Shown here piece after piece: positions 49,681 through 61,699 of a stretch of DNA of 64,000 bases (the stretch's first letter is position 1; each line of letters opens with the position of its first letter). Origin of the DNA: Sphyrna mokarran (taxonomy: Eukaryota). The position numbers were made by a program, and so were the translations under genes. The notes below the pieces were generated by a model. The model was not told the DNA's origin. It did no database searches and saw nothing but the letters and a program-made list of their open reading frames with translations. The stretch lies in assembly GCA_024679065.1 (NCBI GenBank), contig JAGIQG010000003.1, positions 28,334,001-28,398,000 on the forward strand, written 5' to 3'.

Positions 49681-51689
49681 CCTGTTGTTTATGTCAAGTA
49701 GTAAGTGTGGGAAACCTGTGGTAAAATAGAACAAACGTTTAAATGTCCCGAGGTTTTTAAAGTATTGGATATAGTTTAAGATGGTATCTTCTGAAATTCA
49801 CACACCGCTATTGCAAAGACAAGTTATAGCAAAACATAGGCTCAAATCCGAACTCACTATATTGAAAGCACGGAGAAAGGATATTAGGTGATGTCTGGTA
49901 AGTGTGAAAACGAGAGTTAGCACATGTGACTCCCCCACCCCCAGCGCCGTGCACTGGATTATTGGGGAATTGGTTGAGAATGATACTTCCTCTTTCTCTT
50001 CCAAGCGTTTTTTAGAATTTAAGTTTGGGATGGGAGGTAGGGAGGGGGAGGGGGTAAGTGTGGGACCCGTGTAAGGTTTTCAGCTCATTTTAGCTACTCT
50101 GAGTCCCAGGTTTTATTATAATGAATTCTGAATAGTATGAATAAGTAATGAGTATCTGGTGTCTCAGATATTTTCCTATCTTTTCCAAGCATCAGGGCTG
50201 CTGCGCGGGAAATCAGATTTCCGGTGTGATGGCAGCTTTTCAGCCATTAGGAAATAATACATCGAATCTGTACAATTATTTCATTGTTATTTCCTATAAA
50301 TTGTTGAAAACTTCTAAATCCATTGCAACGGAGGCCCATTTTGAAACAGAAGGAAGAACATCGTGGTTTTATTCCGAATGTATCCAATGATTTTTACATA
50401 CAACAGCACACATCTCTCTCTATGTAACTATTGAGAGTATCAGTCGAAGATTTGAGTGTGGGCATTAGCCTTCAATCCCATTCTGCGTGAAACCTTAAGT
50501 CACACAGTTTCTTTGCGAACTGGTCACCCGCGCATCTCAGAACTAAACCGAGACCATTCGTTTAATTGCATCGAGAGGAATTAACCGGTAGAGTCCGATG
50601 GAATGGGTGTTAGCGGTAAATTAAGTGTGCACTGGACTGCTGCTAAGTGATTATGAAATGGGCAAATGGTGTTTTCAACAGTGGGCAGGAAGAACAGATT
50701 CACCGTTGCACAGCGGACTCAGGTCCAATAAGGCGGAGATAGCCCAGTGTCAGCCTCGCTATAAACCTGTTAACAAGGAGGACCACAGGCTTTGCCACAT
50801 TGTACCCAGTACCCTGTACCCAGTGAACATCCAATGTGATTTTTAAGATCAGAACACAATTTGCTATTCAGCAGGGCGTGGGGGAGGGTAAGATAATATC
50901 CAGACAATGCCCGTTTTAATGTTAACGGATTGTTCAAACGCATGGAGAGAGTTTGCTCAGGGGAGCAAACAAGAGTGTGTTGTGACATTGGGTCCCAATG
51001 GAAACAGGAATGTCCCGGGCAATTAATAGTGTGATCTTAACTCTAGTGCTCAGTGTTTGTCTCGATCATCCTTAAACCCATTCAGCATGTGAACGGGGCA
51101 GATACCCAGCCCCCACCCCGCCCCATCCCCCTCCCTCCTTCCTCCCGCAGGTACACCTTCTCAGTCTGCCATCCGGATATTAATGCCGATCACTCTCAGC
51201 CTGTTTGATCGGGGACCTTTAAAAATCCTATAAAACTGCCTGTGACCAAATGCCAGACTAGTATTTTTTTCAAGCATGCCTCCAGGGCGCGTTCTTTTCA
51301 GCTCTGGAGGTCTGCTGGAGGTAGGGCAACCCTGTGCTGCGAGTGTATGAGGATGTCAGCTTTCACTCGGGATCAGGTTGCACGGTGCTGACCATTCAGC
51401 AAACATGAGACCAATACCTGCAGCTTTTGTTTTCTGTACGAGTTAAGATATTATTTGTGCCATTAGCCTTGACACTTCTTAATAACTGCACCGTTACTAA
51501 ACTATTGAAATATGTGTTGTGCCATAAATGTTGGAGACACTTCTTTAGTGTTGTGCTACTGATTAATATGCATGTCTGTGACGTTTGCATATTTCTTTGC
51601 CACTTCGCAATTGGACATTGTTCCAAATTACAAATTCTTCCAGTTACAAATCCACTGACAACTTTTCTGACGGAGCAACTTGAAATTAA

Positions 51690-51840
51690 TAGCAATAACA
51701 AATGAGGACAAACACTGTTCGAGCTAAGAGCACGCCTTGCTCACTCTAATTGTCCCCCCACTCTTTCAAAGGCTTACAAAAGGACGGTATCATCCTTAAC
51801 CCTTTGTTAAGCTGTCAATACCATGTTGATGTTCGTACTG
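51690..51840. promoter_or_regulatory. Candidate N1-like (Wnt/FGF-responsive) enhancer core
   Basis: About 16 kb downstream. Adjacent TCF/LEF-like sites TTCAAAG 51765-51771 and TACAAAAG 51775-51782, Sox/TCF-like CCTTTGTT 51801-51808 and TGTCA 51813-51817. Position and paired LEF sites fit N1; not aligned. Confidence 0.45.
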
Positions 51841-54800
51841 TTGCACATTTTTTTTTACAAAAAGCTAACCGAATTTTGCCAAGGAATTCTTAAACCGTTT
51901 TATTGAATGGGTTCTAAAAACTTTAATCAAATCGACTACTAGTAGCATATTAAACTCCACACGTGACTTTACTAGGAACAGCTGAATCGATGAAAGGGTT
52001 TGCACTGTCCATTTCTGCTAATCTATGTCACAAATCATATGTTCTAACTTTACAAAATGCAATTACCTATCTGTTTCAAAGTAAGTTGTGATGCGAAACT
52101 GTATGCATTTTGGAATAATTGCCAAATAATATATCGGCCCATTATAATACCAGATAATGGTCATGATCTGTATTCAGTGGGATTCGTTTAAACGGGGTCA
52201 AAATGGAAGCTTTTGGAAATTTGTTTTAGGACTTTTTTTTAAAGTTCGCCCCTATTTAATACGATGCAATCCCACTTCGCTTCAGAGCAACCGACGCGCT
52301 GCGAGTTGCAACGAGCTCAGATTTGCATACCCAAAGAAATTGGGGGAGCAGATAAAGATTGTTGTGAGACCACAGATCCAACCCGAAAAAGAAGCAGCAA
52401 TAGTTTGATATTATTAGTTGCGGCGTTTAAAACGTGCGTCTGAAAACTTTACTGCCCCACAAAATATCCCAATATCTCTGTCCCAGCACACGCAAAAAAA
52501 AATACCCATTCCCTGATACTGGGGACAGACTGCCACACAGAATTCCATATTAGCTTGCGTGCAGAGAAAGAGGAGATTCTACAACACCGGCCCCCATTGT
52601 TCTCCAGATCCCTCCCAATTTCAAGCTTGACTTACACATCCAAAGTTTGTTTGTTAATGACGCCGTTACCATCTGCCTCGTTCCGCTTTCCAAAATAGTA
52701 AATCTACCCTAAACTTGTCAACAATTGCAGGGGAAAAAACATTTTTTTATTTAAAACAACCTAAAACAAAGGAAACATTGGAATCTTTTCCTGATACTTG
52801 CGTGTTAAGCGTTAAACAATAGTATATTCCGCGGAAAGTAAATGGCATACAAAGTTCAGAAGTTAACGACAGTTCCGATTTTCAAATCATTGTTTTATTT
52901 TTTAAAAAAAAGTAACGGGTCGTAAATTAATGACCCCCCTCCCCCACCTCTCCCCCTTCCCTCTCCAGTCTCTGGGTATGACTTGAAACGGGAAAGTGAG
53001 TGAAGTAGCCATAAATTAGACAGGCAGTGGGGCAGACTGGGTGATCATTCAAGATACTAAATGAATACACCCAAGGAAAGGCTTGTCACTATTTTACCCT
53101 TCATCTTCGCACACACAAAAAAAGACCGAAATCTGTTCCCTCGCTTGCTGAAGCTACACGTCGTAGGAGATTCGCATTTTGCGTCTGTTTGCGAGTAATG
53201 TCATCTCAACGGTTCGGTGTCTCTTTTTTTGCATTGAAAAGCGATTGAGGTCTTGTGTGCTTTTCGCATAAAAGCTTGACAAAAGTTGAGATGGTTTATG
53301 TATTGGCCCCACAATGGGTCTATTTATCCGCTGCGCGCAGCCTGAGCCTTCAGTGAATTGGAAAACGGAGTCAAACTCAACCCCGATCGCGTGGTCTTGT
53401 TTACAACCCCCAGTAGTCCAGATAAAGCCATGAAAGAAATGAAAACGATGTACACGCCGAAAATGCATAGTTCATGTCTTTGTGCAAAAGTTAGAAAGAC
53501 TCCTTGGCAGCTTAATAGGGGAAGAGGGCAGTCAGATCCTATATTCATCAGCTTCGAAACAGATGGTATTTCGTGTTGCTTTTTCAGTTTCCCACTTGTT
53601 GATCTGCTACTGTTAGGAAGACCAGATCGATCTCGGCCCCCCGCCCCCTCCCCGGACCCCTCCGTTACAAATGTGCATAAATGCCGCACGATTTAAAACT
53701 GATACATTCTCAAATTAAGATGCAATTTCTGATAACTGTTGTAACCAACCAATGAAAAGGACGGATCTTGTGTGACAAGCTATGATTTCCCTTAAGAATT
53801 CAACAGTTGGTTTTAAGAATAAAATGTGCCATTTTTCAAAAGTTGCGACGATGTGATGAATTTTAGTGATTCCCGAATACCGTTAGAGCCAGTACAACAA
53901 TTTATGGCAATGTACTCATAGTCAGTCAGCAAAAACGTTATTTAAATTCCACCTGATCGATAGAATTCTTTCTTTGGCATTATTAACTTGACGTTAAAAA
54001 ACACACTAACCAGAAGAATTCAGAAACACTTAGCAAACATCCCTTAGTGCCAGGCACTGATAAGGAAAGGTTCGCAAACTGTGATATTACTTCACGTGTA
54101 ATGTGTAGTCAGAAATATTAATAGGGCAACTTAAGTCTGTTGTGCATGGAGTACCTGTCTCTCCATCAAAATTGATAATTAATTGTTAATTAATTATATT
54201 GCAGCGTGATTATTGAATTTGCACTTTTTTGCTGCAAATCTCTGTCAGATTCGGAACATTTTTTTAACTACATGAAGATTAAACATACATAAGTATCACT
54301 TGGGTCTATACATTTGATTTGTTTTTGATCATTATCTGAACTGCTGTACAATCTACGCGTATTTCGATATAAGAAGGTAAATCCATTTCTTATTAATCAC
54401 CATGGCTTGAATCTTAATGTTAAATTTACTCAATTATTCGCATGACTTCACTTAAACAGTAATTTCTGTTATCCAGCTGTCCACCTATTCTTTAACTGCT
54501 GCCAGAAGTTGAAACTCGATTATGTTGAATCTATAGTCTCCTTTAGTTTTTTCACGACCTGATTAATGCTTCCGTGTGGTCCCTATACAAGCACTGAATC
54601 ATATTCTTTTTCTGCCTTCTCTATCGCAAACAACACCGGACTGCATTGGGACTTTATCTTCTATTTATCCTAGAGATTGCTTTGGAACCCTGTCATCGAA
54701 GTACAGCATAATTGTAAACTCGTGCGTTGCACCGAACTATCTGTAGCCACACCACTGCCTGATAATTTAGCTTCAATAGCCCAATATATTACATGCAACT

Positions 54801-55013
54801 AACAAGGATGTGTTCTGAATTTGACTTATTACATAGGACATGTTTGTTCCCCCTGCATACTTCTTGCTAAGCTGAAAAGTTTGCCTACCAATTTATTTTG
54901 AAAATCCCCCTATCCCCACCCCGAAGGCCAATGGATCTTAGTTTTCCATTTGGACACATTTTAATGTTAAGGATGAACCATATAGGATATATTCTGGAAA
55001 TAATCAATACGTG

Positions 55014-55017
<4 letters not shown>

Positions 55018-55044
<27 letters not shown>
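55018..55044. repeat. (TA)n microsatellite
   Basis: Uninterrupted TA run. Confidence 0.95.
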
Positions 55045-58000
55045 CCCACAAATCTGTTCCGGAACATTTTGCCAGGCAGCTGACATTGTCAACATAATGG
55101 CTCTTTAAGTCTAACTAAAAATATTCCCTGTTTCTTGGTGAGTTTCAACCAATGCATGGAATATATTGGCTTACTGCACAATGTAGTGCACATTGTTTAC
55201 TGAAGGAAACTAGTAGGGGTTAAATAATGTCCTGGTCCTGTTTGTGTATCGTAATTAATCTCCATGATATTTTTTTCCAGTCCAGAGACTAGTGGGATTT
55301 GTCCAACCTGTAATAGAGGGGTACTGTGTCGGGATAATTGCCTTAAACATACTTTGCCAGAACTCACTACTCTTGGTCTCCCTCCTGCACACTAGCAAAC
55401 TGGATTAAGTAGCATCACTAGTGTTGAGCAAGCCCATCGAACTGGGCAACATCATCAAATTTCTCATTAATTTTTACAGGCAGCTGCTGCAGCACAACTT
55501 GAAGCTGGTCTTTCCGCTCTGAGCACGACTAGGAAGCTGATGGCCGAAATCTGTTGCAAGGAGACCGCCCTGCAGAAGCACATGCAATCGCTGCGATTCA
55601 GACATTGCACGTTATTGTAAATAACGCGGGTTCACACGCTTATCAAGTAACGGCAGAACAACCAAGCCATTTTAATCAAGCGGTTATCGTAACCATCATG
55701 GAGATCAGAGCGCTATCACTGTGGGGTTCGTCATTGTGCTTCGACTGAAATGACAGCTCTCTGACTAATGGGGACCAGTCAGTGGATGAGATTTCAGTCC
55801 CCTGGACTAAAATTCACGCATTACCATTTCATTAAAACACACAGAAAGAAAGCATTGCCTTTTAAGCAGTTATTAAGACTGATGCCTAATTGTGCAGCCT
55901 GGGTTCAAAAATAAATTGCAGAGAACTCCCCAAAGTCTTTTCCCGAATCTTCCCCAGTATTGGAAACTCACTGGAATCAAAGCTGCGTTCAACTTTTTTT
56001 TGAAACCGTTACTTTAATGATAACAGTATAAAAAATATTGTCTTTTTTAATATTCCACAGACGATGCCCGTTTTCGATGCTCCAGTCAGTTCCACCTGCC
56101 CGAGCATTTCAAAGATGACCCAAACTATATTTTCACACTGACTCATTCAGAATAAAGTACATTTCTGTTTATGATTACTTTTCCTCTGGTAAAACAGTTG
56201 CTGGCTCGCCTAGGTTTTGCTAGTTACCAAGTTGCCCTATGTTACAGCAGTTGAAATTACTGATAAAATGTTAACTGTAGTGTAGGTTTGATTTTTAAAT
56301 GTGTTTGAATTCAACTTTTTTATAGGATTACAAAAGGTATAGTCTGTGTTACTACAGGATGTAAAATGTTTGGCAGTGTCTATCTCAATCCCAGACACTG
56401 AAACTTGAATTCTTTAAAGTATCTAATCCTCAATGTTTTACTCAAGTGTTCCATTGTTACTTATAAAGGGTAGGTATTCACTTAAAACACCAATTGATCA
56501 AAAGGAGACATTCCCCATGTCATGAATAGGGTATTTTAAGCAAGTGCAACGTTTGTTTTTAAGTTCGAATTTGTTATGTATAACACAGTAACCAAAACAC
56601 TTTAAAGACAATATCGCATTACGTTTACTTGGGGGGAAAACTGACCGTACATTCTGCTCATTTCGTTTACATTCCATGTTCTTGAAGTGAATTAGAATGT
56701 GTCTATTTTCCATTTGGGGAAGGTTAGAAACAAGTTTCAAATTAGACTGACAAAAGCAATACTTCTCAAGACACATTTGTATTAGAGAACACAGGCAATT
56801 TTATACGCATTGTCATTTGAAGTTCACACACCAAATTATCCCAAACACTGAAACCCCAAACTTCCTCAAATGACAACTCACGTTATCATTTTAGGAAAAG
56901 GCGGGCTGAAGATCTGTGACAGCTGAGGCTCTCCCATCGATTATATGCCAGTCTGGGTCATTTACGGTGCTGTACGCGAAGAATTATAGATATCACACAA
57001 GACATCACCTTTCAGACACAATTTGAGATTAGAAACGAGCAAATTTGTCAAGGGACGGTGTATCAGATTTGCCTAACCGATATATCAGCTGGTTGCCCCT
57101 CTGGTCCACGCTTCACCATCTAACCCTGCTGGTGCAAGACAGCTTAAGGTAGAAATCTTCCCCACTTGAACTCTGTTAAGAAAATGCGCTGGTTGAAATT
57201 TTCTGTAATAGTTCTGTTAATCTTTCAAAGGTCGCTCCATCATTTGGCAGTAATGCGTACAAACAAAGAGAACACTGAAATGTTCTTATATTGATTATTT
57301 GTCACCGTGCATTTGTCACTTTCAATAACTTTTCCAGAAGTTTTACTTACGGGCACTTGAGCTTTTAGATTAGCTCAGCTCTTTGTATTTCGGAGTAGTT
57401 TTGCGCCAAAGGCTTAATTATACAGTGTCCTACTTCCGAGTGGCCAAATCCTGAAGCAGACCATTGTGATAGCCATCATAAAGCGAAAAGCATTAATATG
57501 TGGCACCATTAATCTGCTCTCAGTTCAAGTAATACCACCCTACAGCATTCTTCATCCAGATCGATACAAGTCTTTGCATAAACCGTTGTACTTCCAGTTT
57601 TATTACCTTAAAGTCTTACATTTGTCCTGCCTTTTTTTAAACTTTCCCTGTTTTATTTTCCCAACCATTTCCCAACCTCAGAAGCTTATTCCTTCTTTTA
57701 ATTTACTTAAAGCTAACAGTCCACTTCTCTTCAGCTCCCCTGGTTTTCTTTCGAATGTCTTTGTTTCAATGATCATGTCTGTGCGGGCACCGTGAACCAG
57801 CTCCTTCACCAATACAGGCGATTTTTTTTTAACACTGCCAGAAGTACCACATGAATAACAAATACAATTTTAGCATTTACCTGAGTCGTTCCAATCACCG
57901 ACAAGGAAGGAAGTTAGTGAAATGTAATTTTATGTTGGAAAAAGCAATTTGACTTTTAGTCTGAATGTGTCTCGTTAAATTACCAGGATTGGCAAGGTGT

Positions 58001-59405
58001 TTTCAAGTACTTGAAACGTGCTTAAAATACACACACATACACGGAAAAGAATGGGAATATCAGGTGGAAAAACAATGGAGAGCCGAAAGGCTAACGTGAA
58101 ATCCGGAATTTATCTGATGGATAGTTCACTGGCAACAACTAAGATGTGCGGATCATCTCCACTATAAGCCTGCATTGTCTATGGGAGGGACAGATAACCA
58201 TCAGGTGCCTGCAGTCATTTCTTAACTGCCCGATCCATTATCATTCAGTCCAAAGCTTGCAGGGCAGCAGGCAAAACTCATCAGTCTCAGATCTCGGTCA
58301 CCAGGGAACGGACCGGACTCTATTATGGCCCCAAACCACCTTTGAACTTGACAATTTAAAGTACTTTGCTGCACTTAATGTAACAACAAACCAATTAAGA
58401 ACTAGCACAAAGCCCTCTGATACTTACAATCCAGAAAGTGTGTTGACCACTTTGATTATTTTTCGGAATAAAACTTACTTTGTTCAAACTCTGCTTCTTA
58501 AATGTAAGAGTGTGATTGTATATACACACACACACACTTTTCTTTGGTCTCACTGCTATGTCTCTTGTCATTGTAAAGACTGTTGGTATAAGCAGGTGTG
58601 TGTCAGCTGGTGCAGGAAGGGGCAGGTTCCACACACTGCACTGGGGAAACTTTTAACAGGAGATGCCTTCACTTTATTACAGTGACGTTTATTAATAGAA
58701 GCGAAAATAAAGCTCGGGCATAAGCATCAAATCATTTGGTTACTGCACTGGATTTCCGAGAAAGCAGCTGCCGGAGACAGTATTGGGATGACGCTGGCGC
58801 TGCTCAGAATCATTACCACACGGTAGGTTGCAAAAACAAAAAAAAAATCTTTTCTCCTGCGTGTTTTTTTTATTGTGGTAACTAGGATAAGCTTGGGGTG
58901 CCCAGTCACCACGGTAACTGCCAGAAAAATTGTGCTGAAGTTTGAAGGGGTCAGGCGACAGGGTCAACAACTCTGGCCTCTTCCTGCGATAGCTTTGCCA
59001 CCTAATATCCCCGAGTGGCGATGGCAGGCCAAGCCGGGCCTGGCCCTGGGAGGTAAGGCCGCCAGAGCTCTGACAAAAATTGTCTGAGTCAGTTCACGGC
59101 CTGGGCTCTCCAGGTGGCCTGTGAAATCGATTTTGACCCCCGTGACCCTGTCTAGCAGAGGAATGGAAGCCAGCATAGCCGGGGATTTAGCTGGGCAAGA
59201 CAGATTTACATTCAGTATTTGGGGCAGCCTTCAAGCTTCTAGGAGAAAGAGGAAGGTGGCTTCACGTGACCTCGAAAAGAAGGTGCAGCTCTGCCGAGTC
59301 CCAGATATTTACAGCGACATTTCGATTTCTGGACAAATAGTACTTTGTGTTTGTCTTTTCATTAAGCCTAAAAGAAAAACTATTTTAGTAGGCTTGCAGT
59401 CCTCC

Positions 59406-59425
59406 TCCCCCCCCCCCCCCCCCCC
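59406..59425. repeat. Poly-C tract (another at 35062-35078 upstream of the promoter)
   Basis: Direct reading. Confidence 0.9.
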
Positions 59426-60098
59426 AGTACCTGCTTCTGATCTGGTTTGATGGTCAGTATTGAAGGTGAGCAGTCTTGCTTTGCTTACAATAGAATTAAA
59501 CAGGATTAAGAGAGTATTGTCTTCATGGGGAATAAATTGTTTAGCAAACCTTTCATATCACCATTGTGCAATATCATTGCTGAAAGGGATAAAGTTTATC
59601 ATGTACTTTACATGAACAACATTTTCTTAACGAGCCATTTTACATTGTGCAATGTGTAAATATATCCAATTTTAAAGAAAAATTACCTATAAAACTTTGA
59701 ACTTATCTTTTCTCAGCCTGAAACGTTTTACCAATTTTTACAAAATATAATTATAGTGAACAAAACTATACACAATAACTATAAGAAGATATAGGTAACA
59801 GCATAGAAGAGGGATATTCAGCCTCTTGCATCTATGGCAGCTCTCTGCAAGAGCAACTCAGCTAGTTACACACCCTCACCCTTCCCCTGTAAGCAGGCAA
59901 ATTGTTTCCATGCAGGTGCTTATCCAATTCCATCTTAAAAGCTGGGGTGGTATCTGCCTCCTGGGTACTCTCAGATCCTCTTCATTCACTGTGTATAAAA
60001 GGTTTCTCTCATGCTGCTAGTAATTCTTTTGCCGTATATTTTAAATCAGTGTCTTCCAGTTCTTGACCAGTTTCTCCCTTTCTGCTCCCTATCTGTCT

Positions 60099-60381
60099 GT
60101 GGTACGGTGGCACAGTGCTTAGTACTGCTACCTCTTAGTGCCAGGGACTCAGATTCGATTCCCAGCTTGGGTCACTGTCTGTGTGGAGTCTGCACGTTCT
60201 CACCATGATTGTGTGAGTTTCCTCCGGGTACTTCAGTTTCCTTCCACAGTCTGAAAAATGTGTTGGTTAGGTGGCCATGCTAAGTTCTCCCTCAGTGTAC
60301 CTGAACAGGCGCCAGAGTGTGGCAATTAGGGGATTTTCACAGTAACTTCATTGCAGCGTTAAAGTAAGCCTACTTATGACA
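60099..60381 (+). mobile_element. V-SINE (same tail type as 11126-11425)
   Basis: GGTACGGTGGCACAGTGCTTAGTACTGC head; tail GGGATTTTCACAGTAACTTCATTGCAGCGTTAAAGTAAGCCTACTTATGACA. Confidence 0.9.
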
Positions 60382-60407
60382 GGAAGACTTAACTGTCTAT
60401 CTTTACT

Positions 60408-60710
60408 ATGGTGGCACAGTGGTTAACACTGTACGTCACAGTACTAAGGGTTGATTCCAGCCTTGGGTGACATCTATGTAATACACATTCTCTCTGAGTC
60501 TGCCTAGGTTTTTCTCCTGGTGCTCCAGTTTCCTCCCACTCCAAAGATGTGCAGGTTAGGTTAAATGGTTACACTAAATTTGAACTTAGTGCCCCAAGAT
60601 GTATAGATTAGATGGATTAGCCATGGTAAATGTAAAGGGGGGAATAAGATCCTGGGTATGACTCAGTGGGCCAAAAGGCCACCTTCTGTAGGGATTCTAT
60701 GATTCTATGA
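60408..60710 (+). mobile_element. V-SINE with CR1-type tail
   Basis: TGGTGGCACAGTGGTTAACACTG head, V domain, tail CTGTAGGGATTCTATGATTCTATGA. Confidence 0.85.
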
Positions 60711-61699
60711 TGAGTTATCCTCATAACTGGTTTCAAGGATGAGAGACTTCATTCTTGTAAGTCCTCTCTGCACTCTCAACAAAGTCTCCTGTCCTTTCAA
60801 AATTGTGGTGCCCAGAACTAGACACAGTGCTGTAGTTGAGGCTGAACCAATGTTTTTTAAAGGTTTATCATAACATTTGTGCTTCTTTATACTATTCTTC
60901 TACTTACAAAGCCTAGAATCGCATATGCCACTTTAATGACAATCTTAACCTGCCCTGCCACTTTTAATGATTTGCACATATATACCCCCAGGTCAAAGAA
61001 ATTTGATGTATTTTTCAGGTACATGTATAGCATAATGATTTGTATTTTTTAGAAAAACGTCCATTTCTTTAGTAGAACCAGTTCCTTGTCAGCCTTTATT
61101 CTAACTTTGAATATAAAAGGTAATACTCAAAAAATCTTGTCGCCAAAAATTAATTATGTAAGATCTAGTGCAAACTAGAAATATAGCAAATTGTGGCATT
61201 ATCTGAACTGATTCTGGCTATATTATGGAACATTAATTCTTTAGAAGCATAATTATAAATACTGTAAGTAATGCTGTATGCATGGATAGCTATTTTTAAT
61301 TTCTTCATGGCCTGATGGGTAACTACATTGCCTGATCCAGGTATTGAGCCATTTGGGCCAGTAAGCTCCAAACTTTGATTCCTGTTCACTATAAATTATG
61401 TAATCTCAATTGGGGTTTTTGGAACAATTAGCCTCCGACCTTTTGATAATCAAAGGTAAAATCAGCCAGAATTTCCTCTCCTTATTGTCGTCAAATGATT
61501 CCTGTTATAATATGTGTATGCTTGCAAACTTCTGCTGAGGGATTCAGATTTGCCTGTGATATCTTGATATTTGAATAGCTGTCAACATTAACTGTTTAGT
61601 TTTGCACATGAGATTTAATTACTGGGTGAGATATCAGAGCTCCACTAGTGTCCATAGAACGGTACTTGCATGCATGTTGATCCTGTAAAAATATATAAA

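Larger units (their letters stand above)
59780..60995 (-). mobile_element. CR1 LINE 3' fragment interrupted by two V-SINEs
   Basis: CR1 tail at about 59780-59850; GTGGTGCCCAGAACTAGACACAGTGCT (antisense of CR1 YCVQFWAPH-like coding) at about 60805-60830. Confidence 0.7.

Noticed and set aside
51121-51150. Polypyrimidine-CAG acceptor-like sites (also 41700-41720) as Sox2-OT exons
   Set aside because: C-rich tracts are common here; no paired donor or transcript evidence can be established.
58146-58685. 179-aa ORF on the + strand
   Set aside because: GTG start, runs through a CA repeat, no domain similarity or exon evidence.
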